Sequence record: DRR723986_1372
Reading direction: 5' to 3' (one strand)
DNA length: 20,000 bases
Shown: piece after piece, positions 16,296 through 20,000 of the stretch
How positions within the stretch are numbered: the stretch's first letter is position 1
Layout of the letters: each line of letters begins with the position of its first letter
The notes under the pieces: generated by a model
Seen by the model: only the letters and a program-made list of their open reading frames with translations
Databases searched by the model: none
What the model was told of the DNA's origin: nothing
Translations under genes and position numbers: made by a program

Positions 16296-17191
16296 GTATT
16301 CTGCTGACTCTGTGCAGGCATGTGAGGTGCCATTTCCGAGTATTCAACCCAGAATCGTTTCACGATAGATTTTTCAAGCTGCCCGCGTTTGTTCAATGGA
16401 CAGGCAAAGCGCAAGGTCATGCGCAAACATTTTTCGTCTACGCTTGCCCAGAAGACTTCAGGCCTTGCCTTGGGCAAGTCCACGAAATTGTCGCGTTCTA
16501 CAGCAGAGAAATGGCGCTCGGCCTCATCGATCCAGTGTTTGCCTGCCTCGTTGGCCAGTTTCAGCGCAAGCGATTCAGCGGCCTGAATTTTCACCGATTT
16601 GTCGAAGTTAAAGTCAATCAGGTGTATGCCATATGAGCCGTACACCGACAAGTTTTTCATGGCCTGCGTGAATACCAAACTGTTGGGTAGAGAAAGCAGA
16701 CGACCAGTCTGTTTTTTCGACGGTCCAATTTCAGCCAGTTCGAATGTGACAAAACCGGTGTTGACCAGCTGCCCGGTGAATTGGCCCACTTCAATGGTGC
16801 TACCGATCCGCAGGCTTTTGTTCAATGAAATCACCAAAGCACCCCAGAGGCAGAGAATGAACTCTTTGCTGACAATCAACAATGCGCCACCGATTGCAGC
16901 CAAAGAAATCAGAAAACCTGTGATTTGTCCCGACCATAAAGCCAGCACCAACAATAGCGCTGTGACCCAAACAATGTTTTTACGCCGAACCCATGTAGCC
17001 CGTACATTGCCGGTTTGGGGTGGTGTGGTTTTTGTCTCTCGTAGGAGTCGCCAGTGCATCAAGCGGTTGATGGTGGTAGCCAACATCAAAATGGCGATGG
17101 ACAATATCAGCTTGCCCAGACGGCCTTCAAGAAAACTGAAAACCTGTTCCACCGACGGTTCGAGGTCTCTGAAAAATTGAATAATTTCCAT
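16262..17191 (-). CDS. Small-conductance mechanosensitive channel (MscS family)
   Basis: Three TM segments, then IGSTIEVG-x-x-x-G-x-L and LPNS motifs. ATG at 17191 (MEIIQFF) is separated from the kef stop by 1 nt. Confidence 0.85.
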   Translation of the reverse strand: MEIIQFFRDLEPSVEQVFSFLEGRLGKLILSIAILMLATTINRLMHWRLLRETKTTPPQTGNVRATWVRRKNIVWVTALLLVLALWSGQITGFLISLAAIGGALLIVSKEFILCLWGALVISLNKSLRIGSTIEVGQFTGQLVNTGFVTFELAEIGPSKKQTGRLLSLPNSLVFTQAMKNLSVYGSYGIHLIDFNFDKSVKIQAAESLALKLANEAGKHWIDEAERHFSAVERDNFVDLPKARPEVFWASVDEKCLRMTLRFACPLNKRGQLEKSIVKRFWVEYSEMAPHMPAQSQQNTQQSSMANTTS

Positions 17192-17192
17192 G

Positions 17193-18956
17193 TTAGCTTC
17201 TAGTTGCTGCCCGTTGATCTTGCTGGAAGATGGCTTCGAGTTCCTCGCGTCCCTGTCGACCAATCTCAATGACTTTCTCGCTGTCGCCCAGTACCTTGGC
17301 CTGCTTGTTGAGCAGGCTTTCATCGTGTTGTTTGAATGTTTCGGCTTTTTGCATCGCTTGGCCGTCGCTGTAACCCAGGGCATGAAGTGCCTCGGTGGCT
17401 GCTTCCAGTGCGCCTGCGAATAATTCACGAACCACCGAATGTGCACCCGCCGCTTTCAAGGCAAGATAGTCATTGCGGTTGTGGGCGCGGGCGATGATGG
17501 TGATTTTCGGGTAGTGATGAACAATAAACTCGACGATCGCTTGAGTCATTTTTGGGTCGTCGATCGCAACAATGGCGGTACGTACCTTGGAAATCCCTGC
17601 CGCTTCCAGTACTTCAGCCCGAGACGCGTCACCGTAATAGACTTGATTGCCGAATTTTTTTACGAACTCAATGTGTTCGGCGTTTTTGTCCAGTGCGGTG
17701 AAGTGAATTTGGTTGGCTGCCAGAATGCGACCAGTCACCTGGCCAAAACGTCCGAAACCGAGAATCAATGCTTCCGATTCGCTGCTGTCAAACTTCTCGA
17801 TGTTTTCCGGGGCTTTGGCGATCTGTTTGTCGGTGAATTTCTCAAACCACAACACTGCGGGTACAGTCAGTGCCATTGAGATGCCAATCATCAAATTGAC
17901 CATACCTGCTGTACCTTCGCCCAGCAAGCGCAAGTCCATGGCTTGGGCCATAATCACGAAACCGAATTCACCACCCTGGCACAGCATCAAGCCCAGCATC
18001 AGGCCACGAGGGAAGGGAACGCCTGCCAGCATAACCAGCCCAATGATGACTCCTGCTTTCAATGCCATCAGTCCCAGGGTGCCAAACATCACAGTCAGGG
18101 GCGATTCAATCAGCAAGCCGAAATTCAAGGTCATGCCAATCGAGATAAAAAACAGACCCAGGCTTAAGCCCTTGAAGGGCTCTACGTCGGCCTCGAGTTG
18201 ATGACGAAAGGAAGAGTTGGCCAGCATCATGCCAGCCATAAAGGCACCCAGACCCATGGACAGGTTGGCATGTTCCATGACCACCGCAGCGCCCAAGACA
18301 ATCAACAAGGCCACCACCGTCATGATTTCACGTCCGCCGTAGCGGGACAAAAATTGCAGCGCCGGGTTGATGAGATAGCGAGCGAATACAATCAAACCAA
18401 GGATGGCTGCAGGTGCAAGCCACCATTGACCAGGATCGGTATCGGGCTCTATGGGCGCCAGGGCTTGTACAGCAAACAGGATGGGCACCACTGCCAGGTC
18501 CTGAAACAGCAGCATTGAAAAACCACGCCGGCCATCCTCATTGCCCAAGATGCCTTTGTCAGCCATCAACTGAATGGCGAATGCGGTGGAGGAGAGGCCC
18601 AGTGCCAGAGCGATCACCAGCGCAGCATTGCCATTCATTTCGAACAGAAAAGCCAACACACCGTAGATCATGCCTGCTGTAATCAGCAATTGACCCGAGC
18701 CTAACAGCAGCACCTGGGCACGCATGGCCCAAAGCTTGGCGGGTTCCAGTTCCAGCCCAATGACAAACAGCAGCAAGATGACGCCAATTTCAGAGAAGTG
18801 CAGCGCCTTTTCCGGGTCATCGATCAGCCCTAGCACTTGGGGGCCAATGACCACGCCGGCAGCCAGATAACCCAAAATTGCGCCCAAACCCAATTTCTTG
18901 AACAGGGGCACCGCCAGGGCGGCAGCCAGCAAAAAGTAAACAACACTTTCCATCAT
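17193..18956 (-). CDS. Glutathione-regulated K+ efflux protein, KefB/KefC family (CPA2 + KTN/TrkA-N)
   Basis: LGYL-x-AG-x-x-IGP, LLFQDL, regulatory loop RHQLEADVEPFKG (compare KefC HALESDIEPFKG), QGGEFGFV, and KTN motifs GFGRFGQ and YGDA. Confidence 0.92.
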   Translation of the reverse strand: MMESVVYFLLAAALAVPLFKKLGLGAILGYLAAGVVIGPQVLGLIDDPEKALHFSEIGVILLLFVIGLELEPAKLWAMRAQVLLLGSGQLLITAGMIYGVLAFLFEMNGNAALVIALALGLSSTAFAIQLMADKGILGNEDGRRGFSMLLFQDLAVVPILFAVQALAPIEPDTDPGQWWLAPAAILGLIVFARYLINPALQFLSRYGGREIMTVVALLIVLGAAVVMEHANLSMGLGAFMAGMMLANSSFRHQLEADVEPFKGLSLGLFFISIGMTLNFGLLIESPLTVMFGTLGLMALKAGVIIGLVMLAGVPFPRGLMLGLMLCQGGEFGFVIMAQAMDLRLLGEGTAGMVNLMIGISMALTVPAVLWFEKFTDKQIAKAPENIEKFDSSESEALILGFGRFGQVTGRILAANQIHFTALDKNAEHIEFVKKFGNQVYYGDASRAEVLEAAGISKVRTAIVAIDDPKMTQAIVEFIVHHYPKITIIARAHNRNDYLALKAAGAHSVVRELFAGALEAATEALHALGYSDGQAMQKAETFKQHDESLLNKQAKVLGDSEKVIEIGRQGREELEAIFQQDQRAATRS

Positions 18957-18974
18957 TTTTGTCTCTCGATCTTT

Positions 18975-20000
18975 TTAGATCAGTTCGATCGCCAGTGCCG
19001 TGGCTTCGCCACCGCCAATGCACAAACTGGCCACGCCGATTTTTCCGTTTGTCTTTTTCAATGCACCGATCAAGGTACATACAATTCGGGCTCCGCTGGC
19101 ACCAATGGGGTGACCCAAAGCACACGCGCCGCCGTGAATATTCACTTTGTCTGCAGGCAGGTTCAAGTCAGCCATTGCAGCCATGGTCACCACAGCAAAT
19201 GCTTCGTTGATTTCAAACAAATCAACCTGTGCGGCGTTCAGGCCGATTTTTTCAAACAGCCCTTGTAACGCACCAACCGGCGCGGTGGTAAACAAACTTG
19301 GCTTTTGTGCATGGGTGCTGTGCCCCAGTATGCGCGCCAAGGGCTTGATTCCCAGCTTTTCTGCGTGGCTTTGTTTCATCATCACCACTGCGGCCGCGCC
19401 ATCGGAAATGGATGAACTGTTGGCAGCAGTGACTGTGCCGCCATCACGTCGAAAGGCAGGTTTCAACGTGGGGATCTTGGCCGGGTCTGCTTTCAGGGGC
19501 TGTTCATCGGTGCTGACGACTTCCGTGCCTTTGCGGCTGGCCACTTCGATTGGAGCAATTTCCCACTGAAAACTCCCGTCTTCCGTGGCTTGTTTGGCCC
19601 GGGTCAGTGAACGAATCGCGAACTCGTCTTGCGCCTGGCGTGTAAAGCGATACTGATCGGCACATTCTTCGGCAAAACTGCCCATCAGTCTGCCTTTGTC
19701 GTAGGCGTCCTCCAGGCCATCAAGAAACATGTGGTCCATCACTTGCCCATGGCCCATGCGCATACCGCCGCGCGCTTTGGGCAGCAGGTAGGGTGCATTG
19801 CTCATGCTTTCCATGCCGCCAGCCACTGCCACTTCGGCACTACCGGCAAGCAGGCTGTCATGCGCCATCATAATGGCCTTCATGCCCGAGCCACACATTT
19901 TGTTGATGGTGGTGCAGGCGCTGCTCAATGGCAAACCTGCAGTAAGCGCGGCCTGACGGGCAGGGGCCTGGCCTTGGCCTGCGGGCAATACGCAGCCCAT
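18975..20000 (-). CDS. Acetyl-CoA C-acyltransferase (thiolase); 5' end lies outside the window
   Basis: NKMCGSG active-site Cys, plus NEAF, GHPIGASG and CIGGG motifs. Confidence 0.95.
   Translation of the reverse strand: MGCVLPAGQGQAPARQAALTAGLPLSSACTTINKMCGSGMKAIMMAHDSLLAGSAEVAVAGGMESMSNAPYLLPKARGGMRMGHGQVMDHMFLDGLEDAYDKGRLMGSFAEECADQYRFTRQAQDEFAIRSLTRAKQATEDGSFQWEIAPIEVASRKGTEVVSTDEQPLKADPAKIPTLKPAFRRDGGTVTAANSSSISDGAAAVVMMKQSHAEKLGIKPLARILGHSTHAQKPSLFTTAPVGALQGLFEKIGLNAAQVDLFEINEAFAVVTMAAMADLNLPADKVNIHGGACALGHPIGASGARIVCTLIGALKKTNGKIGVASLCIGGGEATALAIELI

Noticed and set aside
17192-17446. N-terminal extension of ORF 16262..17446
   Set aside because: It is an alternative frame inside the kef 3' end. 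ATG 17191 right after the kef stop is the natural start.

Overview
Gene-dense bacterial chromosomal window of roughly 50% GC. It looks betaproteobacterial, possibly Limnobacter-like (inference only). In order it holds: a lipoprotein running off the left edge (DUF6279-like, missed by the ORF track); a ParD-like antitoxin / short zeta-like P-loop kinase pair with its own promoter and palindromic operator; an alpha/beta hydrolase; a 5'-truncated phoD-like remnant apparently fused head-to-head with the tail of another lost gene; a NarK/NasA nitrate transporter plus PP2C-Ser/Thr kinase operon behind a sigma54 promoter and an ANTAR-type attenuator; a lipoprotein; a Fur-boxed operon of two small uncharacterised proteins; a beta-propeller lipoprotein; an NlpE-META fusion; a saccharopine dehydrogenase-like reductase; a FeeM/LuxI-fold acyltransferase translationally coupled to a 7TM-DISM-PAS-degenerate GGDEF-EAL receptor; and a thiolase-Kef-MscS run. 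The acyltransferase-receptor pair is the best candidate for an undescribed system: a signal synthase wired to a c-di-GMP phosphodiesterase. No rRNA, tRNA, CRISPR array or mobile element was seen. Family assignments come from motif recognition and recall, not database searches.
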